64,000 nt of DNA, from positions 359,724,001 through 359,788,000 of the forward strand of contig OZ024742.1 of assembly GCA_964016885.1 (NCBI GenBank), written 5' to 3'. Below, piece after piece: positions 24,933 through 37,412 of the stretch (the stretch's first letter is position 1; each line of letters begins with the position of its first letter). The DNA comes from Eledone cirrhosa. Taxonomy: Eukaryota. A program made the translations under genes and the position numbers. The notes beneath the pieces were generated by a model that saw only the letters and a program-made list of their open reading frames with translations, searched no databases and was not told the DNA's origin.

Positions 24933-25180
24933 CTAGGCCTGGGGCGCGGCAGTGTTGAGACTGCGACCCGCGGACAAGACCGCAAAAGCATTTCCACGGA
25001 CAATGGTCAGCGACACCTGCTGCAACAGCCACCCCACCTCGTGGGGGTCCTTCCTCAGACGGGCTACTGGTGTTCCGATCTTACAAGGGAGCCCAGCAGT
25101 ACGGGGTCCAAGTACGCCTGAGATCTCGACGATGACCAGTGCGAAGAGGAAGTGGCCAGACAATCCCCGGTATTTGCCTA
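24933..25180 (-). pseudogene. 3' fragment of a CRE-like non-LTR retrotransposon (RLE C-terminus)
   Basis: KYRGL..F..VEISGVLGP..DPHEVGWLLQQVSLTIVRGNAFAVL resembles the KY..E..G..G..Q..S....RGNA end of CRE-type RLE domains. Confidence 0.65.
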
Positions 25181-25270
25181 CATATAAAAAGTATCGATAT
25201 ATGGAGAATAATATTAACAATATCGAAGGATAGTAAAGATGCAGAACGCCAAAGAAACTAATACGTCAAA

Positions 25271-25385
25271 CAAATCCCGCCGAGGTTAACTTTGCCTTTC
25301 ATGCTTACGGGGTCGATAAAATAAAGTACCAGTAATACACTGGGGTAATTGTTGGCCTTGTGCCAAAAGTAGAAACAATTATTAT
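25271..25385 (+). mobile_element. SINE 3' fragment (a second, more degenerate copy at ~25530-25640)
   Basis: Deu-like core and GGCCTTGTGCCAAAAGTAGAAACAATT tail. Confidence 0.8.
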
Positions 25386-25673
25386 TGTTATTGTTATACC
25401 CACCCTCTAAACCTTAACCTACTTTACCACCACCACCTACAAACCCACCAATAAGTGTATATAAATGGTAAATGGATCTAGGGACCTCCATCGACAGTTT
25501 AGATGTGTCTTTGCACATATAATGCTTTGCGGTATTCGGTCCGGCTCTCTTCGCTCTTTGATTTCAAATCCCCACGAGGTCAACTTTGTTTTCATCTTTA
25601 AAGGTCGATAAAAATCTATCAGTTCAGCACTAGAGTCAATTCTTCCTCTATATTTCTTGTTCCCATACACACA

Positions 25674-25747
<74 letters not shown>

Positions 25748-25985
25748 CTCTTTCGATCTCTCTCGATCTCTCCCTCGATCTCTCGATCTCTCTCCTTTTC
25801 TGGAAGAAACAGGCAGTGTTTAGACCAGGAGAGTGGTTGGCCTCCGTCATGTTTAAAGTGCCCAGGACATGCCACATGTTAATACGGTACTCCAACGACA
25901 CTAACGTCTCTATCAGGAGTTATACCTCCATATATACATAAAATACATGTTTAAACTATTGTTAGATAAAACCATGCATTAGATT

Positions 25986-26342
<357 letters not shown>

Positions 26343-26345
26343 ATA

Positions 26346-27372
26346 AATATCTTTAAGTCGTTTGGAAGCCTCGACAATGCAAATGGGTGAATCTCCGGGT
26401 AACAAGATCCGGTGGTGGAGAGAGATGTAAGTGGGTGTACGTTGAGATGCGTGGTGTGTATGAGATGTGTAGAAGAATGAAGGAAAGAGTATAAAGGATA
26501 ACATTAAAATAACAACACGAGAGAGAGTTACCTTGGGAGAGATATATTAGTCCCTATATATTTCGGATTCACATCCATCAACTGGGGATTTTTCCGGGGT
26601 GGGGGAAAGGTTGTCTGTCGGACAGGTGCGAAACGCGTCCTCCGCTGTTTTTTGTTTTGAATATCTGAGGTATTCGGCAGAGCGCGCGTGCGCGTGAAAT
26701 GGGGTCGGTCGGGCAGAGGTCAGCGGCCGAATGAGGCAGTGGGGTGGCGCTAGCTGTCAGTCTATTCTCTGCCTGTTTGTTAAATGTTACTGTGTGTGTG
26801 TGTGCGTGTGTTGTTGTCTCGCTTGAGTGTTTGTGTGTGTGTATTGTTGCCTTGTTCCTCTGTATTGGCAGTGTAGTATGTTCGTATGGTGGAATGCTAC
26901 TGTGTGTGTGTGTAGTTGTCTCGTTTGTGTGTGTGTGTGCGTGTGTTGCTGCCAGGCGGCGTTGATGTGCTCTTCTATCTGCGCGGGAGTGATTCCCGTG
27001 ACCTTGGAGTAGAGGTTGTCATCGTCAACTACACACACGAGACAACTACACACACACACGCACACACACACAGTAGCATTCCACCATACGAACATACTAC
27101 ACTGCCAATACAGAGGAACAAGGCAACAATACCCCAGTTGATGGATGTGAATCCGAAATATATAGGGACTATTAAATCTCTCCCAAGGTAACTCTCTCTC
27201 GTGTTGTTATTTTAATTTTATCCTTTATACTCTTTCCTTCATTCTTCTACACATCTCATACACACCACGCATCTCAACGTACACCCACTTACATCTCTCT
27301 CCACCACCGGATCTTGTCACCCGGAGATTCACCCATTTGCATTGTCGAGGCTTCCAAACGACTTAAAGATAT
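26346..27372 (-). mobile_element. Internally deleted PLE derivative with nested inverted copies
   Basis: Arms 26346-26587 / 27131-27372 and 26841-26935 / 27031-27132; minus-strand DDDNLYSKVTGITPAQIEEHINAAW resembles family A RT N-terminus (NNELYTEIPDITAAQIEKQANSVW). Confidence 0.7.
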
Positions 27373-27411
27373 TTACTTATTATTCCACAATGCTTCAAGC
27401 AAACTTCAATA

Positions 27412-27543
<132 letters not shown>

Positions 27544-27724
27544 TGAGGTTCTTTTACAAAATGAAAAATAGCCGAGGTGTCCTACACGAGTGAAAGTATA
27601 AGGAAAAAAAGATGAAATCGAAAATGCAACTGGATATATATATAAAGTAGAGTTGAGATGGAGGGTCTGTGGTTTTTCTCACATCTGATGTGAGAAAAAC
27701 CACAGACCCTCCATCTCAACTCTA

Positions 27725-27760
27725 CTTTTGAAAAGCAGAAGAACTGCGAAACCGGTAAAG
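27725..27760 (+). ncRNA. Minimal type I HHR, U3:A8 variant, next to the 27644-27729 palindrome
   Basis: CTT TTGAAAA GCAG-aagaa-CTGC GAAA CCGG TA AAG; palindromic stem III, GUA triplet. Confidence 0.75.
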
Positions 27761-27849
27761 GAACCAAATAAATATATATATATATTTTTTTAAATAAGAC
27801 TCCAGTGACATTTTCGATTTCATCTTTTTTTCCTTATATATATATATAT

Positions 27850-28015
27850 AATTGTTTCTACTTTTGGCACAAGGCCAGAAATTATCCCAATGTATTACTG
27901 GTACTTTATTTTATCGACCCCATAACGATGAAAGGCAAAGTTAACCGCGGCGGGATTTGAACTCAGAGCATAAAGGGTCGTAACTCTTTGCTGCAAAGCA
28001 TGGCGTCCGACCCCT
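27850..28015 (-). mobile_element. Deu/Nin-domain SINE
   Basis: Same motifs as 24198-24388. Confidence 0.85.
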
Positions 28016-29040
28016 TATATTAGGTACTTGCCGGCAAGCATATATTGCTTCCTGTTTTCCTGACCTTTGTATATAATGATAATAATAATGAAACTATTGT
28101 GTACAGTGCTCAGGTGCACTACAACTCATCAAAAGTGTATGTATAGTACATAGGGTAATGTACAAACGTCAGGATATATAACTATCTTTAGCTTTATAGA
28201 CACAACATACAGCCTTATGATCGAAGATTTCTTATTTTGCACTTGAATATCTATTATCTCCTTAGAAGAAAACACTAAGAAATGACAAGAAACATCTCAT
28301 GTAAAATAATTCTTCTTATGGTATACCCATCTTTTGCAGCATGCTGAGTTCTCTTTTTCAAATTGTCAGAGCCATCGTCGGTTATTTAGTACAAACGATG
28401 CTGGATAGTAGTAGAATACATTCCCAGCCATGCTATCAATTTAAATTAGATGCATGTGTTAGTACTGTGGGTTTCTACCATGTGTGTGTGGTATATGTTG
28501 TTGCCTATAACACACAGTAACATCGATGAGAGCAGACAAACGTTGGATGCTTAAATCGATATGTAGTCACACTAGTGTCTCGGTCAGCTTTACTTTTTAT
28601 CCTACATTAAGTCAATAACATTTCAACTCCTTTCTAATTCTTTCCTATTTCCTTTACATCATTATTTAGACTTAAATATTTAGCCAGTCTGTAAATATCA
28701 AAGTTGACTTGCAACACGTATCTTCTAGGAACTTTCTTGGTAGTCTTTTACATTACAAAATTACATAATCATTACAAGATCAACATCAATAACAATCAAT
28801 ATGGACCCTGTAGCTAATACATGTTTTAGTCATAACTTTCTGTCGTCAATCTGTAAGGTGTGTAAAACTATAACATAATGCTCCTCTCTCATGCTGTATT
28901 ATATTTAGATATCAATGACTTCTCACAGTAAGGTGGAAAACAGATAATTATCAAATAAATAAAATATACTAATATGCGCATATGTCGTGTACACACACAC
29001 ACACACACACACACACACGTACACACACACACACGCACAA

Positions 29041-29093
<53 letters not shown>

Positions 29094-29157
29094 TACACAC
29101 ACACACAAATACACACACACACAAATACACACACACACGCATATATATATATATAAA

Positions 29158-29405
29158 ATAATTGTTTCAACGTTTGGCACAAGACCAGCAATTAACCAGT
29201 GTATTACTGCTACTTTATTTTATCAACCCCGTAAGGATGACAGGCAAAGTTAACATCTGACGGATTTGAACTCAGACCGTAAAGTGACGGAGTTCAAATC
29301 CCGTCGAGGTTAACTCTGCCTTTCATCCTTACGGAGTCGATAAAATCAAGTACAAGTAATGTACTGGGTAATTGCTGGCCTTTTCCCATAAGTAGAAACA
29401 ATTAT
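29158..29405. mobile_element. Head-to-head pair of truncated SINEs
   Basis: Minus copy 29158-29285 joined to plus copy 29290-29405 at the B box. Confidence 0.8.
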
Positions 29406-29469
29406 TTGACATATATATATATCAAATAATGGTAGTTAGGACGGGATTAAATCACTATACTTGTTTATT

Positions 29470-29520
29470 GCATTATATATATTTCTGTTATATTGTTATA
29501 CATGTGACTTCGTCAGATGC
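29470..29520 (-). ncRNA. Candidate minimal HHR with irregular stem II
   Basis: GCAT CTGACGA agtcaca-TGTATA..TATAACA GAAA TATATA TA ATGC; lies between inverted arms 29428-29457 / 29533-29562. Confidence 0.5.
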
Positions 29521-29694
29521 TTACGCAATCATTGGTAATTTAATCCCGTCTTAACTACCATTAGTTAATAAATGAATACTCCGTCACTCAATATCACATA
29601 CCTGGGATAAATACTGACGTGTAGTTCTTTGGTCGTTAAGACCTGCTTATCATCAGGAAGTTACTACGTAACAACTAAGATAAAGAAGACTCTT

Positions 29695-29763
<69 letters not shown>

Positions 29764-29862
29764 ATAATAATAAAATTGAAGACTAAAATCCAAAGAGGGC
29801 TCGATAAGGATAAATATATATCAAATATATAAGAACAGTAGAGCAAATATTTATTAAAATAA

Positions 29863-29936
29863 CAGATTAAAGTTTAAGCAAAGAATCGCTGCTTTCACCC
29901 TTAACGGGATCTTCTGAAACTAACAAAGTTAATCTG
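29863..29936 (-). ncRNA. Type I HHR fold with mutated core (CAGAAGA)
   Basis: AGTTT CAGAAGA tCCC-gttaa-GGGt GAAA GCA..TGC TT AAACT; stem I extended by GATTAA/TTAATC. Confidence 0.55.
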
Positions 29937-30352
29937 TGAACGCAGAAGTGAATATTTCAAAAAACGTTGCAACCGGAGGAAGACAGGAAGACGATACTTT
30001 GGTTCGTGGAAACGTTCCCTGGCAAAGAACGGGGAAAAACGAATATAATACGTCATTATTTGGAGCGGTGAAAAACAATTACGCGCAAAGACAAAACCAC
30101 GTTTATGGTATAAAAGAAGTCGTAGACTAATATTCTATTAGTGTATTTGTATACCTATGGCGAGTTTTTCGCGTATGCTTGTGTATGTACGTATATGGAT
30201 GCGTGTATGTATTTATTTAATTTCAATTACCTCTGTGTTTTATTTACTTTATTCTTAACTCTGAAGCCGAGAATCATTCGGTTTCCTAGTTAGAATTTTA
30301 GTCTACGACTTCAGTTATACCATTTACGTGGTTTTGTCTTTGCGTATATATA

Positions 30353-30657
30353 TATAAGAAGAAATTAAAAGATGGTTAAAAAAGTTCCATGTATTTTATT
30401 ATGCGCATTTCAAAAACAAATATCATCCGGGGTTTTTTAAGCTTCATATCATGTCTCCCTATTTTATCTGATGAGAACGCAAATATCGTCCCTGGATGAT
30501 ATTTGTTTCTGAAATGCGCATAATAAAATACATGGAACTTTTTTAACCATCTTTTAATTTCTTCTTATATATACTCCAGTCCAATAAACTGTTGAGTGCT
30601 ACTTATCCGATATTTGCATTGCTTTATTGTGCTACAATAAAACTCACCTCCTACATT
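30353..30657 (+). mobile_element. Solo pLTR with 5' inverted partial copy
   Basis: 30353-30432 is the reverse complement of ~30491-30572; contains an HHR; (TA)n flanks. Confidence 0.75.
30461..30529 (+). ncRNA. Type I HHR
   Basis: ATTTTAT CTGATGA GAA-c-GCAAATATCGTCC/GGATGATATTTGT-TTC t GAAA TGCGCA TA ATAAAAT. Confidence 0.82.
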
Positions 30658-30665
30658 ATATATAT

Positions 30666-30748
<83 letters not shown>

Positions 30749-32427
30749 AGAGGAAATTGTAGTTCACTTGAAGCATTGCGTAATGAGGTATAAATGTTTG
30801 GAGTTAGAAGGCCAAAACAATGTAGGTATGGATATAGAATATAAATACAAATGCAAAAGATATTGTTGACAATTAGTCTTTTACCTTAAATTTATTTAAG
30901 TATCCTTAATTTTCGAGATAATATCTCTTCTTCGGAGGGAAGTAAAGGGGTTAATCCAGTGTTCTAATTAGCTTGCCAAGTCATGCTGACAGGAAATGGT
31001 ATAGAAATTCCATTCTATTTCTAATGTCAAGAAGTGAAGGTTAGGTGGATAAAGAGTTGTCTCCCTTTAAAAAGGGGTTTTGACATGTATGTTTAAGTGT
31101 GTGTGGGAGAATACGTGAAGGTGTAAGCATGCGTGTGTGTGTGCGTGTGTGAGTGTGAGAGGATATGTTTATATGTAAATGTGGGGGCTAGATGCTCTAT
31201 CATGTTAAAACTGGTCTTTGTGTGTGTGTGAGAGAGAATAAGTGGAGGTGTAAGCGTGTGAGTGTGTGTGTGTGTGTACGTGTGTGTGTGTGTGTGAGAG
31301 ATGGTACGTGGAGGTGTAAGCGTGGGGCGAGGTGCTCTATCATGTTAAAAATTGGGTGTTGAGTTCTATTCTGTTATTGATTGGTGTTTGTGTTTTGTCT
31401 ATAATCAGTGCTTCTTTAATTCTAAGATTGCCGAGGTTTCTTTCCTTAGCTTCTATCCTATTATGTTTTTATCGGTGTTTTTGCATTTCACTAGATGTTT
31501 CTTAAACGAGGAAGCGTTAGTGTTCAGGTGTTCTTTTATTCTAATGTGAAATGGTCTGGTGGTGCTACCTACGTAGAAATTGCTGCATTTGTCGCACTCT
31601 AATCTGTATACGACGTAAGCCTGGTGGCATAGGTCTGTGTCGTTGATGGGGCAGTTGGCTAGCCTGCAGCGGCTGTCATGTCTGGTTATGTGTCTTTTGG
31701 TTAGCTGTCCGCCTAAAGAAGGTCCTGAGTGGGCTAGTTGGAAGTCCTCTGCAACCACGCAGTCCGTCAATAAATCGACAGCTGGATGAGCGGGGACTGT
31801 AGTGTAGAGGGAGACAACGTCGAGGCTAAAGGCGTATCTATTTAATTTAAGTTGTTCTGGCTGGAGTTGGTGTAGTCTACGTATGACTTCGTCGGAGCTA
31901 CTGACATGCCCAGGAAAGGTGGAGAGTAGAGGCTTGAGGACCTGAAAGAGGAGCCAGGAGATTTTGTATAGGGGTCCTTCTATGCTAGAGACGATGGTTC
32001 TTATTTGCATCTTAGTACTATTCTTCTGGGTCTTGATGAGGTGATAGAAAGTGGGCAGTCTGCTATTTCTAGTGGTGTAATTGAACTTAAATTTATTTGG
32101 GAGTTGTCTTCTACTACAGATGTCGAACCAGACGGAGTTGGCCTGTTTTTCAATCTGGGCTGCAGTTATGTCCGGGATCTCTGTATACAGTTCGTTGTTG
32201 CTTAAGTGTTCAAAGGCTAGGTTGTTGTATGTGGCTTGAGAGATGACACAAAACAAAACTCTTTACCTTTGTGGGATGGTAAGTATATGAGTTCCCTATT
32301 CTGCAGGTTCTTCAGGGCGAGTTGTTGCGTCCTGGGGAGGTTTGAGGTTATTGTCAGCAATATCTTTTGCATTTGTATTTATATTCTATATCCATACCTG
32401 CATTGTTTTGGCCTTCTAACTCCAAAC

Positions 32428-32434
<7 letters not shown>
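30749..32434 (-). mobile_element. PLE family A copy with internal RT deletion and inverted pLTR piece at the 5' end
   Basis: SRLPTFYHLIKT, R.IVSS, SLDVVSLYT fused directly to QLAHSGP..GIY-YIG; 32350-32434 is the reverse complement of 30789-30873. Confidence 0.9.
31340..32256 (-). pseudogene. PLE RT N-terminus fused to GIY-YIG (YxDD core deleted)
   Basis: ORF 31453-32256; deletion junction at ~31742; no GxxMG/YxDD; end frameshifted relative to the 13917 copy. Confidence 0.85.
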
Positions 32435-32497
<63 letters not shown>

Positions 32498-32515
32498 ATT
32501 ATTATTATTGTTATT

Positions 32516-34192
32516 ACTCTTTGAGTCTCAGTCATTGATTTTAGTTAACTGGAAAGTTTGTTGAGATGAATATCAAGCCACTACCTGCAGCCTCAGATAT
32601 TCAGGACGTATCGGAGGGTTCTTGCTGTTCCCAGCAAGCATGCCTTTTGAAGCGTTCCAAAAAGCGTGAAGGGTCCAATTTTCTTTAACCATCCCTGGAA
32701 ACTTTTTGAGATAGTCCCTAGTGCGCCTATGACAATCGGGATCACTTTGACTTCATGGCAGTTCCAAATCCTTTTTACCTCCCACTTTAAGTCCTGGTAT
32801 CGGTTAGTGTTCTCCCTCTCCTTCTCTTGCACTCTCGTGTCCAATGGGCAGGCCACATCCACAATCAGGAACGATCTTTTTTCTTTGTCCAAAACCACCA
32901 GGTCAGGTCTATTGTGTTCCAGTTTCTTGTCCGTCTGTATCCTAAAATCCCACAGCACCTTCACCTGATCGTTTTCTATCACCGCCTCTGGCTTATGCTC
33001 ATACCACTTCTCAGAATGTGGTAAATTGTTTACTTTGCATAGGTGCCAGTGGATCACCATGCCCATCACATCATGTCTCCAGCCCTTATAGTGAGTCTGG
33101 GCTAGGTGTTTACACTCGGATACAATGTGAGCCACAGTCTCCTCTCGCTCTCCACAGATCCTGCACAGTGGGCTAGCCTCCTCCTTGTAAATGTGGTGTT
33201 TCAACCACTTCGTTTTGAGGGCCTGCTCCTGCGCAGCCATTAACATTCCTTCTGTAGCCTTTTTAAGGTCTCCTCTTTTCAACAAGTTCCATGTCTGTGG
33301 ATCTCTAAATTCAGTTTTCTCAAAGAAGGTACTATGAAGGGATTTTTCCTGAAGGCTGCTCTTTCTCCTTGATGTTATTTCCTCCTTGGACATCCCCTGG
33401 CCTATTGTCCCCTCCTTCAGTACAGCTCTGAGCATTGGCTCCTTACTATCAGTCACGTATTTGTGTAGGTTGTTTTTCTCCATCTGAACACAGTCCTCTA
33501 TGCTGATAAGACCTCTTCCACCCTCAGATCTCCTTAAGTAGAGTCTATCGACATCACTCCTCTTGTGGAACATATTGTAGATAGTCAATAGCTTCCTAGT
33601 CTTCCTATCCATTTCTTTTTGTTCAGCAACATTCCATCTCAGAATTCCCGCACTATACCTAATAATAGACACAGCTCGGGAATTTACTGCACTTATGGCA
33701 TTCCTACTGTTCAGATGTGACTTTAATACGCTCCTTACTCTCCGAAGGTATTCAGTTCTTATCAATTCCTTCATTTTTTTGTTCTTGATGTCATCAGCCT
33801 CCAGAACGCCCAAATACTTGTATCCTTCTTCAGAGTCAATTTATTTTATCATCTCACCTGTTGGTATCTGGATTCCGTTACTTCTGCTCAACTTACCCCT
33901 CCTCATCACAATGACTCCACACTTACTAATACCAAATTGCATACATATATCATTGCTGAAAATACGGACAGTGTCAACAAGCACATCCAACTCCTTCTCA
34001 CTCTTCCCGAAGAGCTTAAGATCGTCCATGAAGAGGAGGTGATTGATGGTAAGCCCTCCCTTTCCCAACCTGTATCCTGCTCTCACTTTTCGCAGTACAC
34101 TGGTCAGGGGCGTCAGGGCAAGGACAAACAACAGAGGGGACAGGCTATCTCCCTGGAAGATACCTCTCTTGATCTTCACGCTTCCCAAGGAT
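32516..34192 (-). mobile_element. 5'-truncated R4/Dong-like RLE non-LTR retrotransposon inserted in (TAA)n
   Basis: Flanked by (ATT)n at 32492-32515 and 34194-34223; short 3' UTR. Confidence 0.88.
32593..34192 (-). pseudogene. RT C-half + CCHC knuckle + restriction-like endonuclease, one in-frame stop at 33841-33843
   Basis: GIFQGDSLSPLLF, NHLLFMDDLKLF, YKYLG, GGRGL, CRIC..ET..HIVSEC, RHD, RPDL..DVACP. Confidence 0.92.
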
Positions 34193-34537
34193 TCTATTAT
34201 TATTATTATTATTATTATTATTATCTGAGTATGTGTCTGTAAATTAAAGGTGGAAAACTGGGAGAGGGCACTTGCCCTGGTGGTCAGGGCCACTGTGGTC
34301 TTTTAATGGGCTTTCTCCACAAATGTCCCTCGGAAGTCTCCCCCCTATTGGGGAATTTTTCTTTGTTATTTTATTTCAACCTCTGTTTTTTTTACACGCA
34401 GAAATGCCCTTTTGTACCGTCCTGTATTGTCCTGTACTGTCCTTAATGTCTACTTTATGTAAACCCTTGTGGTTAATAAAGAAAACATTATTATTATTAT
34501 TATTATTATCATTATTATTATTGAGTAAAATGACATG

Positions 34538-35080
34538 AGGCCGGACTGGTGAAATTCCTTCAAAGATTTATTATAGCAAACACTTTGTACATTTCAGTTA
34601 CCAAGTTCCGTAGGATCCTGGTGACATCATCAGGTGTTTATTGCATAAAAGTTATATAATAAAAGAATGATGGTAAACACTATCCAAGAGGCTAAAAAGC
34701 AAAGAGAAATATTTAAGACTGGTCAGGGCCAACTGTTGCCAGCCCGGCGACCACCTTCGAGTTGGATTGTGTTTACCATTATTCCTTCATTATATAACTT
34801 TCATACAATAAACAACTGATGATGTCACCAGGATCTTATGTAACCTGGTCATTGGAATATACATAGTGTTTGCTATAATAAATCTTTGAAGCAATTTCAC
34901 CAGACCGGCCTTCCGGCATTTTACTCAATAATAATTAACTCCGTTCTCGCACCACCAACAACATTCAACTTAAACGAAGGTGGATGAGTTGCATAACGTC
35001 GAGTGCTTTTCCTAATATTACATAATGGTTGACTATACGGAATGACCTGTTCTATCCAGTGGTGAACCAACAAACCTAAA
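34538..35080. mobile_element. Diverged inverted pLTR pair, each with an HHR (34578-34639 -, 34810-34871 +)
   Basis: Arms 34538-34687 / 34762-34911; consensus AAACAC CTGATGA tGTCACCAGG..CCTGGTnAn GAAA TGTACA TA GTGTTT, each copy with different lesions. Confidence 0.75.
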
Positions 35081-35462
35081 TATATATATATATATATATG
35101 AGATTCGGCTGAAACGTTCATAGGCTGAGTGACACTCCGAAACAATTGTCAATTATCTCGATTTTCTCTCAGCTACTGCTGGAACAAAAGAATGTTGTCA
35201 TTCATCTACCACGTGGTGTTCTAAGAGACTGTTTACTTGTAAACAATCCGAACATTAATAATATTATGATATCATTATAGTATTAGTATTATTCACTCAC
35301 GAATATATTTAGGAATCCATCACGTTAAGAGCGAAAACAAATTTTGTTTATATATATATATATAGCGGTAGAACAGTGGGAGGTAATATCCGTAATGGAG
35401 GAGCACTCAATCCATGGGATGAGTTAGGTAGAAGTGGTTACACAACAATTAGTTCATCATAC

Positions 35463-35500
35463 CGAGAACAATTGTTTCACCTTAGCGGATCCTCAGCTCG
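35463..35500 (-). ncRNA. Minimal type I HHR (left arm of palindrome)
   Basis: Reverse complement of 35523-35560. Confidence 0.78.
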
Positions 35501-35522
35501 TAATGGACATGTATGTCCATTA

Positions 35523-35560
35523 CGAGCTGAGGATCCGCTAAGGTGAAACAATTGTTCTCG
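35523..35560 (+). ncRNA. Minimal type I HHR (right arm of palindrome 35433-35594)
   Basis: CGAG CTGAGGA tCC-gctaa-GGt GAAA CAATTG TT CTCG. Confidence 0.78.
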
Positions 35561-35591
35561 GTATGGTGAACTAACAATTGTTGTGTAACCA

Positions 35592-35659
<68 letters not shown>

Positions 35660-35662
35660 TCC

Positions 35663-35727
<65 letters not shown>

Positions 35728-35739
35728 ACTCCTTATTAT

Positions 35740-35774
<35 letters not shown>

Positions 35775-35782
<8 letters not shown>

Positions 35783-36125
35783 ATACTTGGGGAGGGTCAT
35801 ATTGTTGTAATAATATTGCCAGATATAATAACAGAACTCATTCACTGTTTGGTTGGTTTTCGCTGCTGTATCTTTTATAGACTACATATATCTGTTTATA
35901 TCTATATCATATCTGTATTTTTAACCGTTGGTCAGTCAATGATAAACATTAAGGACCAAATGAATTAACTGTGGAGATATAAAAGATACAGATGCGAAAA
36001 CCAACCAAACAGTGAGTGTGTTCCGTTATTATTTCTGGTAACATTATTACAACAATATGACCCTCCCCAAGTATAACAATATTTGTTTCGACACACGATT
36101 TCATATAAAAAACCTCGCAAAACAA

Positions 36126-36126
<1 letters not shown>
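35775..36126. mobile_element. Solo pLTR tail of family C2 with inverted partial copy
   Basis: 35775-35879 is the reverse complement of ~35978-36081; homologous to 54760-54985. Confidence 0.8.
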
Positions 36127-36216
<90 letters not shown>

Positions 36217-36222
<6 letters not shown>

Positions 36223-37080
36223 TTGGTGCTCTGAAATAGCGATATATATATATGAATGTATATATAGTGTATTTTGCAATACACTGTATGCTTAATTAAA
36301 AGCATTTAGAAGACCTTACGCTATTGTTTTAGAGTAGTGACAGTGTCACTTACGTTAAATTTTCACCAAACAGGGGAGATAAAGCTGAAAGAGCTCTGTT
36401 TCGTACTGATTGGTACTGATCAAAGCCAAGTACTCCACCTGTTTGCTGAAAATCATGAATGTTTGATTCTTATAGAATTCTAATAATAATCAGGAACTGA
36501 TTATACAGAGCAGTTGCCGGTCAGGCAGAAATTGAAAATTAGAATTGGTGCTCTGAAATAGCGATATATATATATGAATGTATATATAGTTTATTTTGCA
36601 ATACACTGTATGCTTAATTAAAAGCATTTCGAAGACATTACGCCTGTTTTCTGAAAATTTAAAGTAAGTGAGACTGTAACTACTCTAAAACAATAGCGTA
36701 AGGTCTTCGAAATGGTTTTAACTAAGCATACAGTGTATTGCAAAATACACTATATATACATTCATATATATATCGCTATTTCAGAGCAACAATTCTAATT
36801 TTCAATTTCTGCCTGACCGGCAACTGCTCTGTATAATCAGTTCCTGATTATTACTAGAATTCTATAAGAATCAAACATTCATGATTTTCAGCAAACAGGT
36901 GGAGTACTTGTCTTTGATATGTACCAATCAGTACGAAACAAAGCGCTGTCAGCTTTATCTCCACTGTTTGCTGAAAATTTAAAGTAAGTGAGACTGTCAC
37001 TACTCTAAAACAATAGCGTAAGGTCTTCGAAATGCTTTTAATTAACCATACAGTGTATTGCAAAATACACTATATATACA

Positions 37081-37085
<5 letters not shown>
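36217..37085. mobile_element. Retrozyme-like ~322-bp unit, subfamily 1: 1.3 units joined to 1.3 inverted units
   Basis: TTAGAATTGGTGCTCTG recurs at 36217 and 36539; orientation flips at ~36644; HHR folds at 36383-36427 (-) and 36910-36954 (+); no ORF. Confidence 0.8.
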
Positions 37086-37155
<70 letters not shown>

Positions 37156-37159
<4 letters not shown>

Positions 37160-37412
37160 GTTTGTATTTGTAAAGCCAAAACAATGCAGGGATGGATATA
37201 GAATATAAATGCAAATGCAAAAGATATTGTTGACAATTACTCTTTTACCTTAAATTTATTTAAATATCCTTAATTTTCGAGATAATATCTCTTCTTCCGA
37301 GGGAAGTCATGCTTGGCAAGCTATTTAGAACGCTGGTTTAACCACTTTACTTCCCTCCGAAGAAGAGATATTATCTCGAAAATTAAGGATATTTAAATAG
37401 ATTTAAGGTAAA
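37156..37412. mobile_element. Family A pLTR fold-back fused to the retrozyme array
   Basis: 37156-37307 matches 30792-30943; 37308-37412 is the opposite orientation. Confidence 0.8.
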
